DNA of 23,056 bases from an uncultured Candidatus Saccharibacteria bacterium (GCA_964610335.1 CAZSVP010000001.1:1-23056), one strand, 5' to 3'. Positions 8,387-17,629 are shown, numbered from the stretch's first letter. The notes: a model not told the origin generated them from the letters alone. Program-made: numbers and translations.

Positions 8387-8415
8387 ATTATAACCTGATA
8401 AGGCTATATTTTCAA
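8387..8415 (-). promoter_or_regulatory. Promoter TTGAAA-17-TATAAT with the -10 box 7 nt from the iscS ATG (leaderless-type).
   Basis: Complement of 8410-8415 is TTGAAA (it overlaps the upstream stop codon). Complement of 8387-8392 is TATAAT. There are 7 nt (CCACCAA) to the ATG at 8379 and no SD. Confidence 0.5.
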
Positions 8416-9110
8416 TTAAATCGGTCCCAATTGCCCAAATCGTCGGCTCTAGATTCAACGCTGTCATAAAAGCCATCCAGTAGTTGTGACAATTCGCGCA
8501 TCATTGTATTGAGCCTACGTGCTTGAGTTGAGCTAAGAGCAACGTCATTGATGCCAAGTTCACGCTCTGTGTCTATCTTGGTTAATTCTTGCTGTAGATG
8601 TTGTGCATGCTCAACATAACTTAGTTCTATCTCTGATCTTGGTAGATTGAGAGTGACAACCGAAATCTTGCCATCCACCAAATGATATCCTGACCAGCGC
8701 AGGCTTGCTCGTTTTTCTCCAATATTTAGTATTTCTTGCTCAACACTAAAGCCGCCTTGACCATTGTAGTCAAACTGAATTTCGAGGATTTGTTCTCCCA
8801 ACAAATCTAGCTCTTGTAAATTGGCAAACTCTGAGTGTTCAGCTTCACTAATCTTGAAATCCAGATAGTTCATAAGGGCCTCGGACTCTTCAGCCAAGTA
8901 AGTGGTTCGGAGCATCAAGATTATTTGTTGTGTAGTCTCATCGGTACTCGTACTATCCACGCCGTGACGCTGCAACTCCTTACTAAAGCATACTTGCCGC
9001 CTAGTGGTTACCCTCTCGACAAGATCCTGAAACACGATCCCTTCGAACATTTGCTTTTCTTCTTCACTGATATCTCCTGGGTCGCGTGGTGGCGCTGGTA
9101 GCTCAGGCAT
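8412..9110 (-). CDS. Hypothetical acidic protein (232 aa) with no recognisable domain.
   Basis: Good RBS AAGGAG (complement of 9117-9122) 6 nt upstream of the ATG at 9110. The start overlaps the tatD stop by 8 nt (ATGCCTGA). Long uninterrupted ORF. Confidence 0.55.
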   Translation of the reverse strand: MPELPAPPRDPGDISEEEKQMFEGIVFQDLVERVTTRRQVCFSKELQRHGVDSTSTDETTQQIILMLRTTYLAEESEALMNYLDFKISEAEHSEFANLQELDLLGEQILEIQFDYNGQGGFSVEQEILNIGEKRASLRWSGYHLVDGKISVVTLNLPRSEIELSYVEHAQHLQQELTKIDTERELGINDVALSSTQARRLNTMMRELSQLLDGFYDSVESRADDLGNWDRFN

Positions 9111-9891
9111 GGAACAACTCCTTGGTGTTATGGTTGGTTTGATTTACTAGCTGATCGAGCTTGGTGCCACGTAGATCACTTAGGAAATCTGCTATATATA
9201 TGAGATTGGCTGGTTCATTGCGCTTTCCCCGCACTGGCAACGGCGCCAAGAATGGGCAGTCAGTTTCTAGCAGTAACTTATCCTCCGGGATTGCCTTAGC
9301 AGCCTCGAGCTGGGTATGGTCCTTGGTAAAAGTCATGATACCGTTGAGGCCATAATACAAGCCGAACTGGTTGGCTCTCTCTACAACTGTGCCATCGCCA
9401 GTGAAACTATGGATCACCCCACGCAACTTGTGGTGAGATTTGATAATGTCAAAGAAATCATCCCAGCCGTCACGAACATGGAAGATTATCGGTAAATCAT
9501 ACTTTAGCGCCAATCCGATTTGGAATTCTAGCGCGAGCCGTTGTTCAGACTTGGTAGAAAAGTTCTTGTAGTAGTCTAGTCCACACTCTCCTATAGCAAT
9601 CGGCTTAGTAGTTAGATCTTGACCATCAACCAAATCCTCAATCGTGAGCAGAGCATCACTACCCTTGTTGGCATCATGTGGATGCAAGCCAACTGTGGCA
9701 TAAAGCTTGATGCCGCCAGCTTGTTTGAGAACAGTTTGGTCAGATACAAATTCCAATGCTCGCCGCGAATCTTCATCGTTGGTGCCAACAGTAATAATTG
9801 AATCTACTGAATTCTTACGAGCATTGGCAAAAACTTCTGAAATGTCACCGGCAAACTCTTCGAAATGTATGTGAGCATGGGTATCAATCAT
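9103..9891 (-). CDS. tatD: TatD-family metal-dependent DNase/hydrolase.
   Basis: 'MIDTHAHIHFEEF' N-terminal His motif, 'GLHPH', 'ECGLDYY', 'IIFHVRD', 'HSFTG' - the full TatD motif set. Confidence 0.9.
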   Translation of the reverse strand: MIDTHAHIHFEEFAGDISEVFANARKNSVDSIITVGTNDEDSRRALEFVSDQTVLKQAGGIKLYATVGLHPHDANKGSDALLTIEDLVDGQDLTTKPIAIGECGLDYYKNFSTKSEQRLALEFQIGLALKYDLPIIFHVRDGWDDFFDIIKSHHKLRGVIHSFTGDGTVVERANQFGLYYGLNGIMTFTKDHTQLEAAKAIPEDKLLLETDCPFLAPLPVRGKRNEPANLIYIADFLSDLRGTKLDQLVNQTNHNTKELFHA

Positions 9892-9913
9892 ATATTGTTT
9901 ATTATAACTCAGG

Positions 9914-10531
9914 TTACAGCAGTACTGGCTCAGCTATTATTACTTCACGCCCATCGCGCTCGCCGCGAAGTGTGCAGCTATAAAGTGTTAAACGTGGCTC
10001 CGTGGTTTGTGCTTCGATATTTGAAGCATCAGGGGCGACAGTCTCCTTCTTGACCACTCGGTAAGTATAACGGCTGCCCTTGTAGTCCACATACATACTA
10101 TCACCAACAGATAGCTGATTGATATTGTACAAGATAGAGGCACGGCTAACTTGCTGTGGCGTCCAACCAAATACGTAACGGTGAGCGGCCAGAATAGTAT
10201 TGCCTCCATCGGCTGGGTTGCCACGTTCTGGGAAGCGATGCCAGACTTGATTACGGTCCAGTACTTCCCAATCACCTGTTGCGATCGGAGCTGCTACAGC
10301 AATCTTTGGTATCAGTAATTGGTCGTGGGACTTCGAATCTACAGGATGTTGGTCCAAAAACTCGACTTGTTGGGCTTCGGTGAGAGCATTATGGCGCGGT
10401 ACAAACTGTAAGTACACCACATATAATCCAAGTAATAGTATGACTACTAGTGATATTTGCAACAATCGACGCCAACCGCTCGGGCGTGGCGTCGATTTAT
10501 TTGTTGAGTCTTGATTATTTGACGTGGGCAT
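9914..10531 (-). CDS. Sortase (membrane-anchored transpeptidase, likely class E given the LAXTG substrate next door).
   Basis: N-terminal TM 'LLQISLVVILLLGLYVVYL'. Catalytic His in 'TILAAHRYVFG', Cys in 'LTLYSCTLRG', and a conserved Arg downstream. The start lies 17 nt inside the 3' end of the upstream surface-protein gene. Confidence 0.85.
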   Translation of the reverse strand: MPTSNNQDSTNKSTPRPSGWRRLLQISLVVILLLGLYVVYLQFVPRHNALTEAQQVEFLDQHPVDSKSHDQLLIPKIAVAAPIATGDWEVLDRNQVWHRFPERGNPADGGNTILAAHRYVFGWTPQQVSRASILYNINQLSVGDSMYVDYKGSRYTYRVVKKETVAPDASNIEAQTTEPRLTLYSCTLRGERDGREVIIAEPVLL

Positions 10532-12908
10532 ATTTGCGACGTCGCGTGATGCGCTCTACAGCCAAGCCGCCCAAGGCTAAGAATACCAATCCTATTGCTG
10601 CAAAAGTAATCAGGCTAGTGTTGCTACCAGTTTGTGCCAGTGTGCCACCAATTGTTGTTAGTACAATCTGGCTCGATTCACCACCTAAATCTATGTAGTT
10701 TATTCTAAACTGTACACCATTGGCTGTAAATATTGTGCCATCTGGCAATCCGTTGAACTGACCTGTAATGGTGTTATTTAGCGATCGAAGAATAGTAAAC
10801 TGAGTGCCTGGAGCAGGTGTATAGCTCAACATTACATTCAGTGTAGGATTGTTGAGAATAATTTGACCGTTAATGCCAGTCAGAGTCGTTTGATCATATT
10901 GGCTACATGCAGTGCCACCAGCTATTTCTTGGTCAAAAACTGTTGGTGAATTTAACACCAAATCACCAGAAACCGTCACACATCCCGGGCTATTACCTGG
11001 CGAAAATACACCAGTTGTACCTGTTGTAGTTCCGACCGTGCCAGAGCCCCCAAGCGTGCCCCCATTGATACCAAATTCCGCACCAGTATAATCATTGTTT
11101 ACCAATAGCTTGCCACCACTAACTGTAAAGTTCGGCTCGAAGCCAGCTGAAGTTGTACCATTCAGAGTAAATGTGCCAGTCCCTTGTTTATTGACAATAC
11201 CTGGCACAATGTTGTTGGTAGTTATACTACCGGAATAAGTAGTAGAAGTGTTATCAGCACCTACATTGAACGTGTTTTGAACAATATATACAGAACCTGT
11301 ACCAGACAATGATCCAATAGTTTCAGCGTCTGTCTGCAGTTGAGCGTTAAATGCAACCGATTCTATCATGTTAATGTTGGCAGTATCGGCAATTTGTTCA
11401 GCACTGTTTATCTGTACTTGTGAAAGGCCAGCCGTACCATCAATAACTAAGTTGCCTGGAATAGCCACTACACCAGGATCTTTGATCAACTGTAATTCGC
11501 CATCTTCAACGTATGTTGTGCCAGTATATGTATTTGCAGTTGAGCCATCAAGAGTAACAAATGATGTTGGGCCACTCGACTCGAAGTTTAAATTACCATT
11601 GCCATCTATTGTTCCTGCGATAATTAGATTGCTACCACCTGATGAGTAAATAGTGGTGTCACCTGCCAAAGTTATAGTGCCTGTATAGGTTCGGTCATTT
11701 GTATCAGCGGCAATTGCACCAAGGTAATTGCTCGTTCCTTCGCCGGCACCTGAAACTGTTATTGGCTCAGATACGGAAATATTACTAGTTGAATAGAGAG
11801 TAGCACCACTTTCGATTACCGTATTTCCTACTGTAGAACCAAGTGAGTCGCTTAGTGAAGATTGAATAACAGATCCCGATTTTCCTCGTATAACACCATT
11901 ATAGGTTGGACTATTGGTATCCAGCCAACATTTAACATTTGAGCAGCTCAACTCTCCGCTATTTGATAATCCCGAAGATGAAACTAAATATTGTGATGTA
12001 GCTGCACTATTGCCTATAACTTCTAATGATGAGATTAGGTTGACATTGCCAATTGTTTGAAAATTCGAACCATTACCGAGTTGAATTTGAGCGGAGCCAT
12101 TCGCACTTAGGGTCCCGAGAAGTGATACCCCAACTGTATCGTTGAGCTCCATCCCAACCGCTGTTGCACCACTAAGATAATTTAGACCAATGTCATTGGG
12201 CAAGCTTGCATCTCCGGTAAATAACAACTTCGCACCACTGTGCTGAGCAATAAAGTTACCGCTATCACCAGCACAATCGGCCGAAGAACACCCCCAAATA
12301 CCATCAGATACATTTACTCCGCCTACTGTTGTGAATGTCGACCCACTAGCTGATGTAAGAGTTGAAGTTCCCCACTTGTTAAAGTTGGTCATAGTACCTG
12401 TGAAGGCAGGAGCTGTGAAATCAGCATTTACATATGCATTAAAGTCCCCTGCGGGAAGCGTAATTCCAACGGAAGTAGCAATGCTATTTCCTGTACCATC
12501 AATTTGCAAAGACACACCCGTGGCGGCATTGGCAAAATTAAATGCAGATACATTTACGGTACTTCCCGTACTCTGAAATACCATTGAGCCCGAAACAGTG
12601 ATAGCATTGCCAGTCAAGGTATAGCCATCAGCAATATAGAACTGATCAAGCGTGAGAGTGCCTACTATATCGTTTGACATAGTTTTGTTACTAGCTACTG
12701 TAGGTAAGGTTACGATATCACCGTTTTGTGGTACACCTCCTCCACAATTATTCCAGTTAGCAGAATCGCTCCACAGATTACTGCTGGATCCATCCCACTC
12801 ACAAGAATTGGCAGCAACTGCTGGCATCATTGGCATTAGTAATAACGACCAAAAAGCCACAACTGTAGCTACATAAGCATGCAAAAACTTTCTCACAAAA
12901 CCCTCCAT
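10515..12908 (-). CDS. Large secreted cell-wall-anchored surface protein: signal peptide, Ser/Thr/Gly/Asn-rich beta-helical region with PATR-type (autotransporter-associated beta-strand) repeats, and a C-terminal LAQTG sorting signal with TM and RRRK tail.
   Basis: Signal peptide 'FLHAYVATVVAFWSLLLMPMMPAVAA'. Repeats such as 'SPGNSPGCVTVSGDLVLNSPTVFDQEIAG', 'TGTTYVEDGELQL', 'NKQGTGTFTLNGTTS'. C-terminus 'TLAQTGSNTSLITFAAIGLVFLALGGLAVERITRRRKYAHVK', with the LAQTG codons at 10626-10640. I prefer the ATG at 12908 (AAGGT 7 nt upstream) over the TTG at 12956 used by the ORF track. Confidence 0.8.
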   Translation of the reverse strand: MEGFVRKFLHAYVATVVAFWSLLLMPMMPAVAANSCEWDGSSSNLWSDSANWNNCGGGVPQNGDIVTLPTVASNKTMSNDIVGTLTLDQFYIADGYTLTGNAITVSGSMVFQSTGSTVNVSAFNFANAATGVSLQIDGTGNSIATSVGITLPAGDFNAYVNADFTAPAFTGTMTNFNKWGTSTLTSASGSTFTTVGGVNVSDGIWGCSSADCAGDSGNFIAQHSGAKLLFTGDASLPNDIGLNYLSGATAVGMELNDTVGVSLLGTLSANGSAQIQLGNGSNFQTIGNVNLISSLEVIGNSAATSQYLVSSSGLSNSGELSCSNVKCWLDTNSPTYNGVIRGKSGSVIQSSLSDSLGSTVGNTVIESGATLYSTSNISVSEPITVSGAGEGTSNYLGAIAADTNDRTYTGTITLAGDTTIYSSGGSNLIIAGTIDGNGNLNFESSGPTSFVTLDGSTANTYTGTTYVEDGELQLIKDPGVVAIPGNLVIDGTAGLSQVQINSAEQIADTANINMIESVAFNAQLQTDAETIGSLSGTGSVYIVQNTFNVGADNTSTTYSGSITTNNIVPGIVNKQGTGTFTLNGTTSAGFEPNFTVSGGKLLVNNDYTGAEFGINGGTLGGSGTVGTTTGTTGVFSPGNSPGCVTVSGDLVLNSPTVFDQEIAGGTACSQYDQTTLTGINGQIILNNPTLNVMLSYTPAPGTQFTILRSLNNTITGQFNGLPDGTIFTANGVQFRINYIDLGGESSQIVLTTIGGTLAQTGSNTSLITFAAIGLVFLALGGLAVERITRRRKYAHVK

Positions 12909-12959
12909 AGTTTTACCTTGTACTCTATTGTAGCTGTAACTACACCAAAAGCACAAGGA

Positions 12960-14402
12960 CTATTTTTCGAGTCGAGGGAATAGTATGCCGACAGAACTGT
13001 CTACTTTACCATCAGCAAAGATTTGTTTGATCTTGGGGGTAGTATCAGGCAAGAATGGAGCCAGATAGTCTGCCAATACTACTATCTCTGAAGCAATGCC
13101 GCTTAAAACTTCACGCACTTTGGCCGGATCAGTTTTTTGTAACTCCCATGGTTTAGTCTCTTCAATAGCAGCGTTGAGTTCTTCAGCTCGCCTCATAATA
13201 TCGCTCAAATAATTTTCAAAAGCTAAATCTGCAATGTAGCTGTCCAGCTCAAGGTTGTTATCTACCTTGCATACATCATAACTAGCATCACAGTATTTAC
13301 TAAGCATGGCTGCGACTCGCGATACGAGATTGCCAAGCTTATTGCCTAGCTCCGTTTCGTAAACTACTTCGAATCTGTCATGGCTAAAGTCACCATCACT
13401 GCCAAACGGTATTTCTCGCAACAAGTAGTAACGTAGCGCATCGTTGCCATATTGTTTGGCTAGGTCGAGCGGATTTACAACATTGCCAAGGCTTTTACTT
13501 ACCTTTACTCCATCAATAGTGAAAAACCCATGGGCAAATACACGATGTGGTATGGCAAGACCAGCACTCCACAGCATTGCTGGCCAGTATATACAGTGGA
13601 ACTTGATAATGTCCTTGCCAACTATATGTAGATCCGCTGGCCACCATTTATCGAATTCTTCACTGCCATAACCAGCTGCCGTGACGTAGTTGAGTAGAGC
13701 ATCAAACCAAACATACGCTACTTGGGTATCATCAAACGGTAGTTTTATACCCCAAGTTTGGCTCTCGCGACTAATACTAAAATCCTCAAGCCCTCGCTCT
13801 ACAAATGCCAGTATTTCGTTGCGACGTGATGCGGGTTGAATGAAATCTGGATTGTCGAGTATGTATTGTTTGAGCTGATCTTGATACTTCGATAGTTTGA
13901 AGAAATAGTTGTCTTCGCGGATTTGTTCTGGTGCCTTGTTATGATCGGGGCACAGACCATCAACTAGGTCTTCGGGCTTCATAAAGGCCTCATGTCCCAC
14001 ACAGTAAAGGCCTTCATAAACTCCCTTATAAATATCTCCATTGTCATAAACTTTTTGAAGTATCTCTTGAACAGTAATAATATGGTCGGCATCGGTAGTG
14101 CGAATAAATCGATCATACGAAATGCCTAGCTGGTCAAAGGTGGTCTGCCATTTCTTGGCGGTTACATCAGTGTACTGCTGTATGCTCTCCCCAGACTTGG
14201 CGGCAGCGTCAACCGTTTTTTGGGAGTTCTCATCGGTCCCAGTCGCAAACAACACGTTGTTGGGGCCTAATGCCTGTCGGTAATAACGCGCCAGCACATC
14301 AGCGGCAATCGTACTATAAGCATGACCGATATGCGCTATATCGTTGATATAATATATAGGAGTAGTTACATAGAACTTATTTCTTGCGTTTCGGTTTGTC
14401 AT
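12960..14402 (-). CDS. metG: Methionine--tRNA ligase, minimal form without the C-terminal appended domain.
   Basis: HIGH motif 'IAHIGHAYSTI', KMSKS motif 'VKVSKSLGNVV', and the anticodon-binding helical domain. AAGGAG RBS 7 nt upstream of the ATG at 14402. Confidence 0.9.
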   Translation of the reverse strand: MTNRNARNKFYVTTPIYYINDIAHIGHAYSTIAADVLARYYRQALGPNNVLFATGTDENSQKTVDAAAKSGESIQQYTDVTAKKWQTTFDQLGISYDRFIRTTDADHIITVQEILQKVYDNGDIYKGVYEGLYCVGHEAFMKPEDLVDGLCPDHNKAPEQIREDNYFFKLSKYQDQLKQYILDNPDFIQPASRRNEILAFVERGLEDFSISRESQTWGIKLPFDDTQVAYVWFDALLNYVTAAGYGSEEFDKWWPADLHIVGKDIIKFHCIYWPAMLWSAGLAIPHRVFAHGFFTIDGVKVSKSLGNVVNPLDLAKQYGNDALRYYLLREIPFGSDGDFSHDRFEVVYETELGNKLGNLVSRVAAMLSKYCDASYDVCKVDNNLELDSYIADLAFENYLSDIMRRAEELNAAIEETKPWELQKTDPAKVREVLSGIASEIVVLADYLAPFLPDTTPKIKQIFADGKVDSSVGILFPRLEK

Positions 14403-16323
14403 TGATGTGCTCCTTAATTTCCATCATTTCAAGTTCGTCTACCTCTGACTCTAAACTCTTGATACGATTTCTTGAGACTCTAGATTTTACCACAGCTACC
14501 AGCATTACTCCAGATAAGAATACCACTATCAACAACCACCACTGGGTGACTGAATTGGTACGCGCTAGCGTGATAGTGCCGCCAGTAGTTTTGGAAACTA
14601 GTGAATAGTTTTGAGTATTCACAAATTCCTTACCCAGCACCAGGAAGAAACTAGCTGCTTTTTGGCCAGGGGCCAACGGTTTTAGTTGCTTTACTGTTTT
14701 GCTGGCTACCTGCAGGTTGGCATCATTGGTCGCTTGTGACTGTGGTGCAGTAATATCGGCCCAGCCAATACTGACAAATGGTAGTAGCACAAGCTGCTGT
14801 ACAGCAAGTTTTGAGTTATCGGGGATAGGAGGAATCTTTTGGACGTAGTTGAGCGTAGCATTCTCGTATTGATAGTTGAGATCGGTATTGCCAAGCGATA
14901 TAGCAGCCGGGTTGGAGTCACGCGCACCCCATATGGCAAATGTTAAGTGGTCTAAATCACTTACACCAAAGTTGCTAAACTTTTCTCCCCAGGTTGGGTC
15001 TACATTGATCCAGCCAACATTGGGTACATATGCCTCAACCCAACTATGCAGCGAATCACTCACTGAGCTAGACGGCTTGAGGTCACCAGAGTAACCATAC
15101 CCTACCGGCATACGAGCTGGAATACCAGCTGCGCGCAGCAGACTTATACTCAAATCAGAATATTCCAGACAAACAACGTTGCTAGGGTTGGTTAGGGCCT
15201 TAACACCACCTTGACGAACATTGTATTTGATCTTGTCGTTGTTGTATGTAAGTGTTTCTATTACGTAGTTATTAATTGCTTTGACTTGCTCTGCAACGCT
15301 TGTTTTACCTTGAGTCAACTCGCGCGCCTTACGCTTGATGTTAGGGTTATCCGACTGCCAATACGTTGTACTATTAGTGTAATTCCTTACCAATTCTCTT
15401 GGGATATCAGCCTTGGTGCCACTAGCAGCCAAATCATATTTCTTGTATCGAACTTCAGCCAATATGTCCGTCTGAACATTTATAGAAGTACGGGGTGGCA
15501 CTTCGTAGTCAGCCAAAATATTACCATCACTATCTAAGCTAGTAGTGGTTGGTTGCGGATTGAGCGAATTTATATACACCGACTGTGTAGGGGTGTTTGG
15601 AGGTAGAGTTACAGTGAATGTTCTGGGTAGACCGGTCTCGTTTTTAAGTGGAAACCCGAAGTTTACCTGATAAATGGTCTTGTCCCCAAATACCATGGTG
15701 ACTGGTTGGTTATTGAGCTCTTCACGAGGAAAAACATACAGTGTTTTGTCGTTGGGTGCAGGAGTTGCTACTGGTTTGACATCACTGCTTTGTAAGCTAC
15801 CAAAACTATCGGGTATAAGGACTTGGATATTATATTTGTCGCTCGAGTCAGCGGCAATTGATGGTATGTATACCGTATGCCCACCACCCTTGGAGTCAAC
15901 AAGCTTTGTAGTGTCATAGTGAACTTCAAAGGTCCATTGGTTACCAAGACCAGTGTTACGCCGGTTAAAATCTACTACTATTTGCTGATAATCATAATTG
16001 TAGCCTTTGCTTTGAGCGGTCTTTTTTTGTGTAGTGGTATGCAAACTTGTGCCATCACTATAGCTAGCCTCTAAGTTTTGCACATCATCGCTAGGAGTAG
16101 AGATTTGGATACTTTGCAGGTAGCGATTGCTTGAGTCGTTGGTGACAGTGTATCTCTCGGTAACATGCGTAACCCCTGTCACATCAACATCGTAGTTAAC
16201 TAGAACATTGTAGCGAAAGTCGTCTTGGGCATGTGCCAGTCGTATAAAAAGCAGCCCAACTATAAGTGCAAGGACTAAGAACGAAGTATACTTCAAGAAC
16301 TGTTTGTACACGGTACGCAACAT
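14377..16323 (-). CDS. Bitopic membrane protein with a large extracytoplasmic region ending in a transglutaminase-like (papain-fold) Cys-His-Asp core and a C-terminal TM plus charged tail.
   Basis: TGase-like core 'NVVCLEYSDLSISLLRAAGIPARMPVGYGY' (Cys codon at 15169-15171), 'LHSWVEAYVPNVGWINVDPT' (His, Asp). N-terminal TM 'FLVLALIVGLLFI' and C-terminal TM 'WWLLIVVFLSGVMLVAVV'. The start is ambiguous between the ATG at 16344 and the ATG at 16323; I chose 16323, which begins directly with the signal/TM segment. Confidence 0.7.
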   Translation of the reverse strand: MLRTVYKQFLKYTSFLVLALIVGLLFIRLAHAQDDFRYNVLVNYDVDVTGVTHVTERYTVTNDSSNRYLQSIQISTPSDDVQNLEASYSDGTSLHTTTQKKTAQSKGYNYDYQQIVVDFNRRNTGLGNQWTFEVHYDTTKLVDSKGGGHTVYIPSIAADSSDKYNIQVLIPDSFGSLQSSDVKPVATPAPNDKTLYVFPREELNNQPVTMVFGDKTIYQVNFGFPLKNETGLPRTFTVTLPPNTPTQSVYINSLNPQPTTTSLDSDGNILADYEVPPRTSINVQTDILAEVRYKKYDLAASGTKADIPRELVRNYTNSTTYWQSDNPNIKRKARELTQGKTSVAEQVKAINNYVIETLTYNNDKIKYNVRQGGVKALTNPSNVVCLEYSDLSISLLRAAGIPARMPVGYGYSGDLKPSSSVSDSLHSWVEAYVPNVGWINVDPTWGEKFSNFGVSDLDHLTFAIWGARDSNPAAISLGNTDLNYQYENATLNYVQKIPPIPDNSKLAVQQLVLLPFVSIGWADITAPQSQATNDANLQVASKTVKQLKPLAPGQKAASFFLVLGKEFVNTQNYSLVSKTTGGTITLARTNSVTQWWLLIVVFLSGVMLVAVVKSRVSRNRIKSLESEVDELEMMEIKEHINDKPKRKK

Positions 16324-16370
16324 GGTTCTATAATAACATGTCATGATCTGGTTTGGGCCAACTAGCTTTT

Positions 16371-17138
16371 CTAGTTATGTTGTTTATAGAGTTCGTACCA
16401 TTGTGCAAGGCTTAGCTCTTGGGCGCGTGCAGTGTTGGGTAGCCCAGTCTTAGCTAGTAAATCGTCAACTTTCACCTGTTTTAAACCGAGTCCACCACTC
16501 AAGCTATTACGAAGCATCTTGCGCTTTTCTCCAAAGCCAGCCTTGACCAGACGGAAGAATGCTTTGTCATCAATATCAAACAGAGGCTTGTCACGAACTA
16601 CTAGCTTCACAATCGCCGAATCAACATTTGGCTGCGGCCGGAAGCTACTGGCCAGCACTGTTGCTACATATTCAACATCCGAGTACAACTGGGCACTCAC
16701 GGCCAACACAGACATATCGCCTGGCTTCGCACAAAGCCGCTCGGCTACTTCCTTTTGCACCAGTAACACTATGAGCGTTGGCTTATTTTCTGCCTGCAGA
16801 AATAACTTTACTAAGTAGCTAGTGAGATAATAAGGGATATTAGCCACTACTTTGTAACTTGATGGGAGATTGCGCAAATCAAAATTGCGAATGTCTCCAG
16901 ATACAACTGCCACATTGTCTAGCTGGTCAAATTCCCTTTTCAAGGCTGGGATTAAATCTGAATCGTATTCTATGGCTGTTACATTAGCCTTCGTATCAGC
17001 CAAAGCTCTAGTTAATACCCCTTTGCCAGGGCCAACCTCCAGTACGTTGTCGCTCGATTTCAATTCCGCGGCTTCCACAATTTGTCTAAGAGCTTGCTCG
17101 TCTTGAAGCCAATGTTGACCGAGTGATTTCTTAGCCAT
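16371..17138 (-). CDS. rsmA: 16S rRNA (adenine1518/1519-N6)-dimethyltransferase KsgA/RsmA.
   Basis: 'LGQHWLQDEQALRQIV' (the GQNFL-type motif) and the SAM-binding 'VLEVGPGKGVLTRAL'. I chose the start at the ATG at 17138 (GGTGGA 5 nt upstream). This avoids a 59-nt overlap with the NUDIX gene implied by the ORF-track start at 17189. Confidence 0.85.
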   Translation of the reverse strand: MAKKSLGQHWLQDEQALRQIVEAAELKSSDNVLEVGPGKGVLTRALADTKANVTAIEYDSDLIPALKREFDQLDNVAVVSGDIRNFDLRNLPSSYKVVANIPYYLTSYLVKLFLQAENKPTLIVLLVQKEVAERLCAKPGDMSVLAVSAQLYSDVEYVATVLASSFRPQPNVDSAIVKLVVRDKPLFDIDDKAFFRLVKAGFGEKRKMLRNSLSGGLGLKQVKVDDLLAKTGLPNTARAQELSLAQWYELYKQHN

Positions 17139-17622
17139 CCGTTCCACCAAACTTTTCAATGTAAGCCTGTGCCCGATCAATGATTTCATCTTCTTGCTTG
17201 GGCTCGAGATTTGTCTTTTGCTTGGCTTCCTCTAGGCTTAGCCATTGTAAATCATCATGCTCATCGTCCATATGTTGATCAGCCTCACGAACATAACGAG
17301 TCAAGAAGTAATGGGTTGTTTTGTCGATCAATATATTGGTCTGCTTATTGCGCCAACTCTGAGTCATTGCTCCGAGGTAGCCAACGATCTTCACTTCAAT
17401 ACCAGCCTCCTCGCGGGTTTCACGCAATGCAGCATGCTCAATAGTTTCTCCATTGTGTAAAGTTCCTTTTGGTAAATGCCAACTGTCTACACCAAAACGT
17501 TTTTCCCCTCTATGAACAAGGGCAACTTCCCAATCACCGCTGGATTGTTTGCGCAAGGTTACAGAACCTGCCGACACGTGGTAGGGCCAATCCTTGGAGA
17601 ACCTAAATAGGTCTTTTTGCAT
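17131..17622 (-). CDS. NUDIX hydrolase.
   Basis: Nudix box 'GETIEHAALRETREEAGIEVKI' (GX5EX7REUXEEXGU). Confidence 0.85.
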   Translation of the reverse strand: MQKDLFRFSKDWPYHVSAGSVTLRKQSSGDWEVALVHRGEKRFGVDSWHLPKGTLHNGETIEHAALRETREEAGIEVKIVGYLGAMTQSWRNKQTNILIDKTTHYFLTRYVREADQHMDDEHDDLQWLSLEEAKQKTNLEPKQEDEIIDRAQAYIEKFGGTDG

Positions 17623-17629
17623 AGAGCCT

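Noticed and set aside
10532-10541. Perfect 10-nt palindrome GCGACGTCGC just upstream of the sortase start codon.
   Set aside because: It lies within the coding sequence for the Arg-rich tail (RRRKYAHVK) of the surface protein, where CGN/GCN codon repeats readily create palindromes. There is no flanking promoter-like sequence, so it is probably coincidental.
17131-17189. 59-nt overlap between the NUDIX gene and rsmA implied by the ORF-track start at 17189.
   Set aside because: An in-frame ATG at 17138 preceded by GGTGGA gives a conventional KsgA N-terminus ('MAKKSLGQHWL') and removes the overlap. The long overlap is an artefact of longest-ORF calling.
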